NCBI GenBank assembly: GCA_963807605.1
Contig: CAWECG010000003.1
Span: 96,001-160,000 of the forward strand
Direction of reading: 5' to 3'
DNA length: 64,000 nt
DNA from: Candidatus Bathyarchaeota archaeon
Lineage (GTDB): Archaea > Thermoproteota > Bathyarchaeia > 40CM-2-53-6 > RBG-13-38-9
The position numbers were made by a program, and so were the translations under genes. This document shows, piece after piece, positions 39,770 to 50,500 of this stretch. The notes beneath the pieces are model-generated. The model did no database searches. It saw only the letters and a list, made by a program, of their open reading frames with translations, and was not told the DNA's origin. Each line of letters starts with the position of its first letter. The stretch's first letter is position 1.

Positions 39770-40126
39770 ATGGTGAAGATCACGTCACAGATATCCGAGA
39801 TGATCTCGCCTAGGCGCTTCAGAGAGATTCTGCTTGAGGCTGTTGACTATGGCTTGGCCGTCCTTGGCGAGGGTGTCCGTCAAGCCATCTATGGTCATAT
39901 TGAGCGGAATTATGCCATCAGACGTGAAGAAATTCCTGAGCACCTTGAGACCTTTCATGAAGCTCTAAAGGAAATATTCGGCAGGGTAAGCAAGGTTGTT
40001 GAGAAGTTCATCGCCAAGCACCTCTATGAAAGGCTCGACCTGAACTTTTATGCACACCCAGACTGGACACTCCTCGAATATATTCGATGTGCGAGGAAAC
40101 AAGCCAGAATCCTGACAGAATTATAG
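39770..40126 (+). CDS. NitrOD5/DUF3227-like small helical protein
   Basis: LLEAVD.GL..LG...QAIY.H....IP..L..F..AL..IFG pattern. Confidence 0.65.
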   Translation: MVKITSQISEMISPRRFREILLEAVDYGLAVLGEGVRQAIYGHIERNYAIRREEIPEHLETFHEALKEIFGRVSKVVEKFIAKHLYERLDLNFYAHPDWTLLEYIRCARKQARILTEL

Positions 40127-40612
40127 ATCGCTGTCAGCAATTTGATATCAGCTTTGATAAAACACGCAGATGAAAGGTATTTGAAAAAGGCTCGAAGATC
40201 AAAGGGAAAAGTATCGGACGCCCAGATGGGGAGGAACAATATCTGCCTAGACCATGCCCGGCGCTTGTCTAATCCTTTAGCTAGGTTCTTCGCTTTTTCT
40301 TTCTCGCGTACGGCGTGGAGGCATAACCCCCCCCTCATCTGTTCCGAGTATTTGTGAGATAGAATGCTACTGTACATATGCGTTAGATTCTGAGGATATG
40401 CCTAAGCATCTCGTGGAATTGCCAGGTCTTCTTAAGCACTCTCTATAGAATAGATATTTCATATATTTGCCATGACCAAATTCTAATACCACGGTGTCAT
40501 GAAATACATCAGAGATTTGACGCCAAGATAATGGACTACTAACTTCTGGGTTATGTGCTATTGAAGGTCTCCGATAACGTGATGCCTCTCAGTCTCTCTA
40601 CAAGAGCGTCAT

Positions 40613-42145
40613 CTGGGGGAAAGGAAAACGTCAACAGTCGCCGCAATTGATGTCGGCTCAAATGCTACGCGATTAGCGATAGCATCGGTCAACTACAATA
40701 ACCAGTTGAATGTGATTCAGACGTCTCGCGAACCAGTTCGCCTGGGACAGGATGTTTTTTCTGGCGGCAAGATATCAAACAAGAGATTGGACCAAGCAAT
40801 CGACGCATTTCTCGGATTTCGCAAGCAGATCGTTAGGAACAACGCAATGGTCACTAGAGCCGTGGCAACCAGCGCTTTAAGAGAGGCGACGAACCAAACC
40901 TATTTTGTCAATGAGATTGCAAAATCTACAGAAATCGAAATTGAAGTGATCAGCGCCGAGGAAGAAGCAAGGCTAATCCATCTTGCTGTATCAAGTAAAT
41001 TGAAACTGAATGGGAAACTAGCGATGCTTCTCGACATAGGCGGCGGGAGCGTAACAATGAGTTTCTCAAAAGACCGAAGAATCATTGCCTCACGAAGTTT
41101 TCCCCTGGGAACAGTTCGGCTCTTGAACATCTTTGAGGAGGAGAGAGGTAATGAAATCGTTTTGAATCAGTGGGTTGACAGGTACGTTGCGAATGCCTAC
41201 AAGACATTAAAAAAAGAAGTCAGCGGCCGAGAAATCGAAGTGTGTATCGGAACCGGAGGAAATCTTGAATCTCTAAGTGAACTGAGTGTAGAAGTCTGCT
41301 CGGCAGAAAAAGATGATCGCTTGACTTTTGATGAGTTAGACAGTATTCAAGATAGACTCAAAGAACTTACATACGAAGAACGAATCGAGAAGCTTGGATT
41401 ACGACCAGATCGTGCCGATGTCATAATTCCCGCTTCAATCGTTCTCAAGAGCATCCTTCATCATGTCCGAGCAAAGACGATCCTTGTTCCACACGTGGGA
41501 CTTAGAGAGGGCGTTCTACTGGGACTGATACCCAAGATAAATGGTGAGAAAGAGAGAATACCGCGCGAGCAGGTAATCTCATCCTCAAAGCAACTCGGGA
41601 AGAAGTATAATTATGATGAAAAGCATTCTCTAACCGTAGCGCACTTTGCGCTTCAGATATTTGATTCTACGAAGAGACTCCATGATCTGAATAATGACGA
41701 GAGGGTCATACTCGAAGCCGCCGCAATTCTTCATGATATTGGTCAATACGTACGAATGACAGATTATCCCAAACATTCATACTACTTGATTAACGCTTCG
41801 CCACTTATCGGGCTCAATGTCGTTCATAAATCAATTGTATCTAACATCGTTCGGTATCACGTCGACTTGCATCCGACCACGAAACACAAATCATTTCAAA
41901 ACCTCCCACCTAAGTACCGTCTTGTCGTCTCGAAGCTAGCGGCGATATTACGGGTAGCTGACGCATTGGATGAGGAACATACAGGTCACGTCAAGAAGCT
42001 GCACATTGATTACAGAAAGTCTGACCTTTTGATTCGGCTCGAAGGCAAGGGCGATCTATTACTAGAGAAATGGGCCGTGAGACGGAAGTCTAACTTATTT
42101 GAGAACGTTTTCGATACACGTGTACTGGTACTCGATGGGAACTAG
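40613..42145 (+). CDS. ppx: Exopolyphosphatase Ppx/GppA with C-terminal HD domain
   Basis: AAIDVGSN lies in frame upstream of the ORF-track start. Also ATSALREA, DIGGGS, RADVI, GLREG and LHDIG. Start placed at CTG 40613. Confidence 0.9.
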   Translation: MGERKTSTVAAIDVGSNATRLAIASVNYNNQLNVIQTSREPVRLGQDVFSGGKISNKRLDQAIDAFLGFRKQIVRNNAMVTRAVATSALREATNQTYFVNEIAKSTEIEIEVISAEEEARLIHLAVSSKLKLNGKLAMLLDIGGGSVTMSFSKDRRIIASRSFPLGTVRLLNIFEEERGNEIVLNQWVDRYVANAYKTLKKEVSGREIEVCIGTGGNLESLSELSVEVCSAEKDDRLTFDELDSIQDRLKELTYEERIEKLGLRPDRADVIIPASIVLKSILHHVRAKTILVPHVGLREGVLLGLIPKINGEKERIPREQVISSSKQLGKKYNYDEKHSLTVAHFALQIFDSTKRLHDLNNDERVILEAAAILHDIGQYVRMTDYPKHSYYLINASPLIGLNVVHKSIVSNIVRYHVDLHPTTKHKSFQNLPPKYRLVVSKLAAILRVADALDEEHTGHVKKLHIDYRKSDLLIRLEGKGDLLLEKWAVRRKSNLFENVFDTRVLVLDGN

Positions 42146-42276
42146 ATTCATATTAGAACATACTGAAAGTTCAACGTACGTATGTTCGAAACATGCGGCG
42201 GCCTAAAGCGAGGAAATAACTGTTCTTGCCTTCCTGATCTAAGGCCTCGGAGAAAATTCACATTCGATGTTCGACA

Positions 42277-44622
42277 TCATTGAGGGTATGTCCAAAGAAC
42301 AATCAGATTCTTCTTGAAGAAATCAACGAACATATCCTTCTTCTTATTCAATGACTGCTCTTCCAAGATCGGATTCTGATTTACTGTACATTCAATCGTA
42401 ACGCTCGTAGGATCGCAAGTCACTTCCATTTGTTTTACAATTGTTCCATGCGAGAAGTCTAGCGCATCAGCAATTCTCAGTATTGATGATAGAGTCGTTA
42501 CCCTACGCCTGTCCTCAGGATTCAACGCAGCGTAATTGTAGTGTCTTGTCTTCGGAGCGTTTTTTCGGTGATATCTGGCAATACTCCCGATTATGTACCT
42601 CCCAGTAGAGGTGAAGGGAAGTTCAGAATCATTCAGTATCAGCTTAAGTGAATTCTTATTGTGCGCACTAGCACCTCGAGACCAGCCAATATCATGAAGT
42701 ATAGCCGCATATTCTAGCCAGCGACGCTCAGTAGCTCGTAGTTTATGGACTCTCTTGAGGCTGTCAAATAATTCCAGAGCAAGCTTTCTCACTTGTTCAG
42801 AGTGGGAGGATTCATTTTCATACTTACGAGCGACTTTCCTGACAATCTCCACTGTCCCTTTTCTTCTCCAAGCCGCCTTCCGTTTTACAGCGTTTTCGTC
42901 CTTGATGATATCCGCAAGCGAGACCCCGCGGAGCACCATTTGCGCGAAATGTTCAGGTAGCCCCTTCTTCCTTATTGCCTGGACAGCAGCCTCTAAATCA
43001 TATCTAACTCTAGTGAGTTCAACAGATAATGGATCGAAACTGATAACCGCGTATCCTGCTTCTGGATTCCGGTCGTAAGGTCTCCCTACGCTTCCCGGAT
43101 TTACGAATGTTACCGCATCAACCCTTCTGTGGAACTGCCTGTGCGAGTGACCAACAACAATAATGTCTGCAGCTGCATTCTTAGCAATAGTCCTTAGCCT
43201 CTCTTTCGATGTATTACGATAGAGATGTTCGTCTATCGATTCGGGGCTACCATGAACGACAAGAAGTCTTTTTCCTTTAATCTCAAGCGCAATTTCTCGT
43301 GGCAATGAGTTGAGATAGAGTTTGTTAGCTCTCGACAATTCCTTTCTCGAAAATTTTAGGGCAACATCTTTTTCGCCGTCGGCTTCCTTCTTGGCTTCCA
43401 ATACTCTAAGATCATAATTTCCGATTATACTGAGGACTCCATTGGCGCGTAACGTCTCGACGACCTCATTAGGGAAGGCGCAATATCCAACTAAATCACC
43501 CGCGTTTAGAAAGACATCTATGCCTTTGCTCCTTGCATCCTCAATTACGGCATTGAGTGCGTGTTGATTTGCGTGCACATCTGCCAACACAGCCATCTTC
43601 GGATGCTCAGCTTCAAGAAGCGATTTCACTCCCTTTTCAGCGCCCATAAACCCAGCACCTGTAATCTGTCTGAGCTGTTCGAAAGCTCCCTTCTCCTTAA
43701 CCTTCTCCCAGAATGAGACAAACTCTCTATATTTTGACCGTCTCATTTCTTGTATGTCTTGCAGGAATTGCAGAAGACCCCTCTCTACCGTCATTATATG
43801 TTCCGTGTTCTCCCTGTTGGAGAAGAGTTCATATCTGATCTCAGAGATGAACTTTGGAATGTAACCTATCCAAACATCGTAATCATGAAGCTCGCCAAGA
43901 ATGTCTTGAAAGTGTTGTACCGTGGATATGTATTCTTCCAGTTTGTCATCGTAATTCGAAGAAAATATCTCCATCGTGTAGCGCAACCATTTTGCACGGA
44001 TCCTCATTTCGTGGTGGTCGAGGGCATCATTCTCACGATGAACACAATCCTCCATTGCCAGAAAATCGCTTAGTTTTTCTGATATGTGAGCATGCGCCTT
44101 CGCATATGTCGATGACGAGTCGATTGGGATGCCCTCAATGTTCGCTTGTTGCTTGACTTGTTCACAATAACTCCGCATGTTTTCAATTACATGTGAATTC
44201 TTCAAGTGATCGAGGCCATCGTTGATATCTGGCTGCATTCTTGCCCTGCGGTCTCTATGCCTGGAAAGAAGAAGTCTTACGCCATCGCCTATTTTCTCAT
44301 CTTTCAGTCTCTCCAAATAGTTCGTGACGAAAGCTATTTGGACGTCTGTGTCCCTAGCTGCGCCGAGAGATTTTGTGACTCTCCTTATCTCTTTCAACCA
44401 TTCTTTGAAGAGTTTCTTGGGGGAGCATTCTTTGAAAAGAGGTAGCGCTGCTCTTATTCTGCGTGAGGCAACCCTCATCTTGTGTATATACTCTATCTCA
44501 TCGCTCTCTCTGACACCATCCATTTGATTCTCGAGTGCCTTGAGAAGTTTGGTGAGGCTCTCGGCCCCATATAGGCAGTAACTGGGGTCCTTCCCAGCAT
44601 CAGGACCTCTAGGCGAAGCCAT
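42277..44622 (-). CDS. CHAD + calcineurin-like metallophosphoesterase + Ppx-type HD domain fusion
   Basis: CHAD: IHKMRVASRR, RDTDV, HEMRI, QDILGELHD. Phosphoesterase: DVHAN, GDLVG, GNYD, HGSP, GHSH, NPGSVG. HD: HSEQV, LHDIG, ARYH, LRIADALD. Confidence 0.88.
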   Translation of the reverse strand: MASPRGPDAGKDPSYCLYGAESLTKLLKALENQMDGVRESDEIEYIHKMRVASRRIRAALPLFKECSPKKLFKEWLKEIRRVTKSLGAARDTDVQIAFVTNYLERLKDEKIGDGVRLLLSRHRDRRARMQPDINDGLDHLKNSHVIENMRSYCEQVKQQANIEGIPIDSSSTYAKAHAHISEKLSDFLAMEDCVHRENDALDHHEMRIRAKWLRYTMEIFSSNYDDKLEEYISTVQHFQDILGELHDYDVWIGYIPKFISEIRYELFSNRENTEHIMTVERGLLQFLQDIQEMRRSKYREFVSFWEKVKEKGAFEQLRQITGAGFMGAEKGVKSLLEAEHPKMAVLADVHANQHALNAVIEDARSKGIDVFLNAGDLVGYCAFPNEVVETLRANGVLSIIGNYDLRVLEAKKEADGEKDVALKFSRKELSRANKLYLNSLPREIALEIKGKRLLVVHGSPESIDEHLYRNTSKERLRTIAKNAAADIIVVGHSHRQFHRRVDAVTFVNPGSVGRPYDRNPEAGYAVISFDPLSVELTRVRYDLEAAVQAIRKKGLPEHFAQMVLRGVSLADIIKDENAVKRKAAWRRKGTVEIVRKVARKYENESSHSEQVRKLALELFDSLKRVHKLRATERRWLEYAAILHDIGWSRGASAHNKNSLKLILNDSELPFTSTGRYIIGSIARYHRKNAPKTRHYNYAALNPEDRRRVTTLSSILRIADALDFSHGTIVKQMEVTCDPTSVTIECTVNQNPILEEQSLNKKKDMFVDFFKKNLIVLWTYPQ

Positions 44623-46744
44623 GCCAGATACCTTTGTTCTCAATCAGCCAAGCCTGAGAATTCAGTTTCGGCTCATCTTTATTGGGAATAATTCTCTCGT
44701 AGCGGCCGTTCGGTAGAAGCTGCCTTGCCTTTACATTATCACTGAGATGAGCTTTCAACATATACTCTAGTATCGATCGCTTGAGTCTGTGATCCGGAAC
44801 TACGAAGAGCACCTCCACCCGTCTAGTTAAGTTTCTGGGCATCATGTCTGCGCTGCCGAGCAATAATTCTTCATCGTCGCCGTTCCTGAAATAATAGAGC
44901 CTGGCGTGTTCGAGGAACCGGCCAACTATGGATATTACTCTAATGTTTTCGCTTACACCTTTGATTCCGGGCCTAAGACAACATAGGCCCCTCACATTGA
45001 GATCGACCTTGACTCCTACCATTGAGGCTCGGTAAAGAGCTTGGATAATATCTTCGTCGACCAGTCCGTTCAGTTTGAAAGCGAGGTAGCCATTCCCATT
45101 TCTTCCATGACACATTATCTCTCTGTCGATGCGCTTCAAGATCTCGTTCTTGAGGTCTGAAGGAGCCACGAGCAGATATTTGTAATCCTCTTTTGGTGAG
45201 GCCCCAGCTAATAGGTCAAAGAGATTTGATATCTCGATGCCTATCTTGGGATTTGCAGTCAGGTAAGAGATGTCGCCGTAGATTCTCGTGGTGACTGCGT
45301 TATAGTTGCCTGTGCCTATATTTGAATACCTCACAATACGTTTGCCTTCTCTTTTGGTGACAAGACAAAGTTTTGCGTGTATTTTCAATTTAGGAAAGTT
45401 ATAAACAACATTTACGCCTGCCTTTTTCAGTTCATCTGTCACCAGCATATTGTGTTCTTCATCGAATTTTGCCTTCAATTCAACAATAGTTGTCACCTTC
45501 TTACCATGCCTTGCAGCCTCAACGAGCACGTCTATCAATGGTGACTTTTCATCTATTCGATAAAGAGTGAGACTAATCGAGACGACATCTGTATCCTGAG
45601 CTGCTTGTCTAAGCAGGCTAAGAATGATTTCAAAGCTGTCATATGGGTAGTAGAAAACATAATCTCTCTTGACAATCTCGTCGAATAAGTTTTTGTCTGG
45701 TTTCAGCTCTTCGGGAACAAATCGATGAAAAGCAGAGTCTTTGAGGTCGGGTCTATCTATTTTTAGTAGCTGCCAAAAGTCCACGAGACCCAGTGGTCCC
45801 CTTAGATTGTATACGAGGTAGGTGGGCAGACCGAACATATTTGCTAGGACTTCTCTCACACTCTCGGGCATCGAACTGTCCACCTCAAGTCTGCTGGGAG
45901 CGCCAGTCCTGCGGTGTTCCAGGCTTTTGTGCATGGTCCGAAGGAAATCTGAACCTTCGTCCACTAAGATCTCTATCTCCGCGTCCCGCGTCAGGCGGAA
46001 TAAGTATGCAGCTAACAAATCCCTGCCTGGAAGAAGAAGATCAAGATTTTGGGTTACAATGTCTTCAAGAAAAACAAGTTCAACAGTCTTTTCAATATTC
46101 GCTTTATTCTGCGAGGTCTTGACGTCGTGCGGAACTTCTATCAGCCTTTTGAATTGGTCGTTTGGTACATCGACCAAATAGTATTTCTCTTCCTGACCCT
46201 CCCTTGCGACAACAAAGAGGTTAAGTCTTAGGTTAGGGATGAACTCATGAAGAAAATCCTCGACGGGATTTTCAATATTCGGGAGTATCGTTTTTTTGAA
46301 ATACTCCCTAAGTATCGACTGTTTATTCTCATCAAGGTCACCCAGCCGGCGCAGATAAATGCCCTCTTTCGCCAGTTCCGGTAGCAACTCCTCCCTCCAA
46401 CACGTTGCGTGGCCTTCCAGAAGAGGAATTATCGCCTTTCTCGTAGTCTGAAGTTCATCGAATGCACCAAGTCCGTCCGGGCTCGTCTCCTTGATGCCAC
46501 GTTTTATCTTTTTTTGCATCTGAGAGACCCGAGTCATGAAGAATTCATCCAAGTTGCTGCCACATATCGCGAGAAATTTCACTCTCTCCAATAACGGGTG
46601 TGAGCGATCGTTTGCCTCTTCTAAGACACGCTCATTGAAGCTGATCCAGCTTAGCTCTCGATTGATGAACAGCTTAGGATCATTAAGAGACGGCCCCCCG
46701 CCTCCTTCGCCATTCCCTTTACGACCTGTTCCTCCCAGACTCAA
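44609..46744 (-). CDS. ppk1: Polyphosphate kinase 1
   Basis: NRELSW, SNLDEFF, KIHAK (phospho-His), GTGNYN, GRFLEH and SADMMPRNL. Confidence 0.95.
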   Translation of the reverse strand: MSLGGTGRKGNGEGGGGPSLNDPKLFINRELSWISFNERVLEEANDRSHPLLERVKFLAICGSNLDEFFMTRVSQMQKKIKRGIKETSPDGLGAFDELQTTRKAIIPLLEGHATCWREELLPELAKEGIYLRRLGDLDENKQSILREYFKKTILPNIENPVEDFLHEFIPNLRLNLFVVAREGQEEKYYLVDVPNDQFKRLIEVPHDVKTSQNKANIEKTVELVFLEDIVTQNLDLLLPGRDLLAAYLFRLTRDAEIEILVDEGSDFLRTMHKSLEHRRTGAPSRLEVDSSMPESVREVLANMFGLPTYLVYNLRGPLGLVDFWQLLKIDRPDLKDSAFHRFVPEELKPDKNLFDEIVKRDYVFYYPYDSFEIILSLLRQAAQDTDVVSISLTLYRIDEKSPLIDVLVEAARHGKKVTTIVELKAKFDEEHNMLVTDELKKAGVNVVYNFPKLKIHAKLCLVTKREGKRIVRYSNIGTGNYNAVTTRIYGDISYLTANPKIGIEISNLFDLLAGASPKEDYKYLLVAPSDLKNEILKRIDREIMCHGRNGNGYLAFKLNGLVDEDIIQALYRASMVGVKVDLNVRGLCCLRPGIKGVSENIRVISIVGRFLEHARLYYFRNGDDEELLLGSADMMPRNLTRRVEVLFVVPDHRLKRSILEYMLKAHLSDNVKARQLLPNGRYERIIPNKDEPKLNSQAWLIENKGIWHGFA

Positions 46745-46791
46745 GGACGTCTCCAGAATAGTTCACCTCACCAGACGGACACACCCACACG

Positions 46792-47367
46792 CTAGCCATC
46801 TATCGAACGATCTAGTTTGGCCAATTGATTCACCCTCAACCGTTTCTTCCTCGAATAATGATTTATTAGGTCCGTTGTTGACCAAGGCCTACATTCTTTA
46901 ATTTCATATCCGAGCAATCTCGCGCACTTATGAATAATATTCACATTCTTCGCTTCTATCTCAAGAAACTCAGGAATATAGTCATATTCATCCAGGTACT
47001 TGTCAAATTCGAATCTTGCGCCATCCAGTACGTAGCTTGTCCGATGTTTCCTCATTCTTGCATGTGCCGATAGTCCCAATGATTCTAGGATTTTCTTCAT
47101 ATTTTCAAGATCTGAAACAAGAACCTCATACTCATCAGCTACCTTAGCTTCTCCAGTATCCAGCAATTTCTTGAAGGTAAGCATAGATCTCCGGCCGTCT
47201 TTTCTCAGCCTAATTAGACTCCTTGCTTTTCTTATGGAACCATCCCTGAAATCATAGAATAGCGTGTCGATATCTCTGTCAGAAACCCTCTTTGCACCTA
47301 AAGAAAGTAATTTCCTTTCTGTTTGTTCTCTATTGATTTCGGTTATTTTGACTTCGATTTCATTCAT
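46792..47367 (-). CDS. CYTH-domain protein (class IV adenylate cyclase/triphosphate tunnel enzyme)
   Basis: N-terminal EIEVK, LIRLRK, LTFK and FLEIE. Confidence 0.88.
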   Translation of the reverse strand: MNEIEVKITEINREQTERKLLSLGAKRVSDRDIDTLFYDFRDGSIRKARSLIRLRKDGRRSMLTFKKLLDTGEAKVADEYEVLVSDLENMKKILESLGLSAHARMRKHRTSYVLDGARFEFDKYLDEYDYIPEFLEIEAKNVNIIHKCARLLGYEIKECRPWSTTDLINHYSRKKRLRVNQLAKLDRSIDG

Positions 47368-47519
47368 TTATGACCGAACCATCTAGCAGATTACTGACAA
47401 GCCTAACTCACCCTGAAAATTCACTTAATACTTAGAAATAACGATCGAGATAACAATATGTCTGAACATTAAGATTAAGGCTTCGAACACGGAATATACG
47501 TGAGCCTCCGCTGAGTTGT

Positions 47520-47541
47520 CAAAAAAAAGGAAGAAGAAAGG
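47520..47541 (-). terminator. Oligo-U terminator of the large surface-protein gene
   Basis: Minus strand CTTTCTTCTTCCTTTTTTTTG shortly after the stop. Confidence 0.55.
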
Positions 47542-47558
47542 TAAGATCCGTTCTTATC

Positions 47559-50500
47559 TTACCTTACTGGTATTGTTGCGCTTCTTCTCCAGCGTAGTAG
47601 GAACAGCGACGCAGCTAGAGCGGACACTAAGGCCACTAGTCCAGTTGCTGGGAACTCGGGTACCGGTACACCTGACTCATCAAGATAGAAGTTCTGGCCG
47701 CCGGCTACACCTCCCCAAGTTGCGACTACTGACTTTGCTGCGGTCTTGTACCCTGCACCTTGAGTTGTCACGCTGTAGGTGTCTGGCGTAACGTAGGTAT
47801 AGTATGTTCCGTCGTTGGGACCCCAAGCGTTCACGGTTGTATTGGAACCTTTTACTGTTGTTGTCTGCCAGGAGGCTAAGAGGTAGTCCCCTTGCCAGTT
47901 GCGCGTGTAGACTGTGCCTACGAGTCTGGATAAGAGATCCATCTCGAAGACCACGTTCGCCTTTCCTTCGCATGTCGTTGTGGCTGTAACTGTCGAAAGC
48001 TGGATGTATCTGCCCTGATAGTCGGGATACCAAGCCTCTGCGACGATTGTGTAAGTTCCAGGCTGTATTCCATAGCTTCTATAGTCACCTGAGTACCGGT
48101 TCTTAGAAGCACTCGGATAGTTCGCGAAAGGAGAGTAATAGCCGAACCTCTTCTTGTAGAGACCAGGGAAGCTGGATTTGTACCATAGGCCTCCTCCCGC
48201 CAAGGCAGATGCTGACGAACTGCCCGGGCCATTTGTGACTAGGTGGTTTTCTGGGGAGGTGAACTCGCCGAAGCCGAAGAGCTGGAAGACCCATGTTTGT
48301 ACGCCTGTTGGCTGGGCAGGATTAAGGTTTCCAGACCATGGCCACTGGCTAACAGTCCGGCTGGTATTCACGGGGACGCCTGTTATGTTCGCCGCGATGA
48401 GTGTACCATTCACATCGTACGCATTTATTCTGAACTGGAAGCTGTAAACATCGTTCGGCAGGGGCGCGGGGATCAGCTCCGTCTTAAAGTCCAAGGTGAC
48501 ATCGATCTCACTGCCCGTCAAGAGGTATATTGGAATGTCGCCTCCAGAGGAGCCTTGCTGGGCCCAAACTGAAGGGAACTGTTCCTGAACGTAGCCGATG
48601 GTGTAAGCATCCAGAGTATAGATGCCTGTTGGAAGCCCAGTTGGGACAAGGGCATCTCGTAGGTAATCGGCAGTACTTGTCTGCCAACCGTAGAATGCGT
48701 TGCTTCCTGAGAAGGTGATCGTGGAGGCCCCAGATACTTGATTCTGTTGGGTGTAGAAGCCTCCTGCAACCCAGTTATTCTTAGAGTCGAATACGTAGAC
48801 CCTTATTGGTGATGGAGGGTGAAGCCAGTTTACTGGTTGTGATGGGTCTTGGCAGTCGCGTGAATAGACTGTTGTTGTTATGTTGACTCCTTTGATCAGG
48901 TGGAAGCTGAGTGAGGCGTTCGTGCAATACGGGACTGTCACCTGCGGTAACTGCTCTTGGACATAGCCTGCATAGTATGCCTTGATAGTGTATGTGTCCT
49001 CCGGCATTCCGGATGGTGGCGCGTTTCTAGTCTTGGGCTCAGTGCCGTATCCGAGAAGCTCCAGACTCATCTCCGGCGTCCGCCGTGCTGCAGTCGCGAT
49101 ATTTGTGAAATTCCAGGCTCGGATTTTTCCGTAGGAATCCCAGGCCTCCATCACTAGCGGCGAGTTATCTATTGGTGCTACATCAGCCGAAGGCAGTTCT
49201 TGGTTGTGGAAGTGAACCGTCGCATTGATAGTTCCGCCCTTATAGAGATCCAAGAACTGGGAAACCACGCCGCCAGCAAACTCCACCGCTGGAAAGTTTA
49301 CCTGCAGAGGACCCACCGATTGCCAGTAACCGAAGACCCAGACATTGACATAATATTGTCCTGGGACGAGTCCGCATGTGAAGTGAGCGTTAGCATCCGG
49401 AACATGCCCGTCCCACTGGGTCTGGACTCCTGAATAGCCCGTAGGGTTGCCCAGGAATGTAGTGAAGTTCCTTGGGCTTGCAGATACGTTGAAATAATCG
49501 TCTCTCCAGCCCAGTCTGATACCGTCGGAGTCGTCGATCTCAACGCGATACAATGCGAATGGCCAACCTTTGAGCGGCTGTGGATTGGGGGGGTAAAGTG
49601 TGGCGAGCAGCTGGCCGACCTCTCCAAGACCAGCAGTTCCCGGTTTCGAACGTACTCCGAGAGTAGTATAGTCAGGCCAGTCAACTGGGCCTGTTGGACA
49701 CTTTGAATAGACAGTCAGACTGAACGGCGAATCCGGAAGAATGTAAATGTCGACTCCATGCACTGATTGACCTGTATTCACAGTGACTTGAGTAGCCAGA
49801 GTTGTGGGGACAAATCCTGCAGCACATGCTGTAAGCGTGTAGACGCCTGGTGCCAGACCCTCAATCTCATAGTAGCCGTCAGCGGTAGCGTTGAAGTAGC
49901 CTACGCCGGAGACAGATCTTCCTGTCGGCTGACCTGTTACTGGGTCTAGGGCTGTCCCGTTGGCGAAGACCTTGCCAGGAGTATTCACACCTAGGCCGTA
50001 ATAGGATCCGTAGTAGTAGGAGGAATGGCCTGCATACCTCACAGTACCTGTTATGTAACCTGGATCAACCTCCCCCTTCACAACCAGTTCCGGATAGTTC
50101 TCAGGCGGGAAAGACTCGTACTGCTCGTACAGGTCTGAGGGTAGGAGGTTCTTCGTGTAGAAGACTTTGAAGAAGTATTTCCCAGCAGTTGTTGGTGCCT
50201 GGATGTCGTAAGCTATTATCTCGTACATGCCGTAACGCCAGTCCGGCTTCTTGTACGGCTGCCTATCCTGGAATGGATCCTGTCCTGCGGAGTAGAGATA
50301 ATTTGATGATTTCTGGGTGGTGGGGTCGGTTACGTTTGGTGCTGAGATGGCTATGTACCACCAGTTTGGAGCCATAGGATGAGCCGCGTTGAATCTCCCA
50401 GTCGTGATGAAGCGATAATCACTGGTTATGCTTGTTACTACACGCCACTTTGAAGGTGTAGCTGCAACGGGGGTAAACTCTGGGGGGATAGCAATGTATA

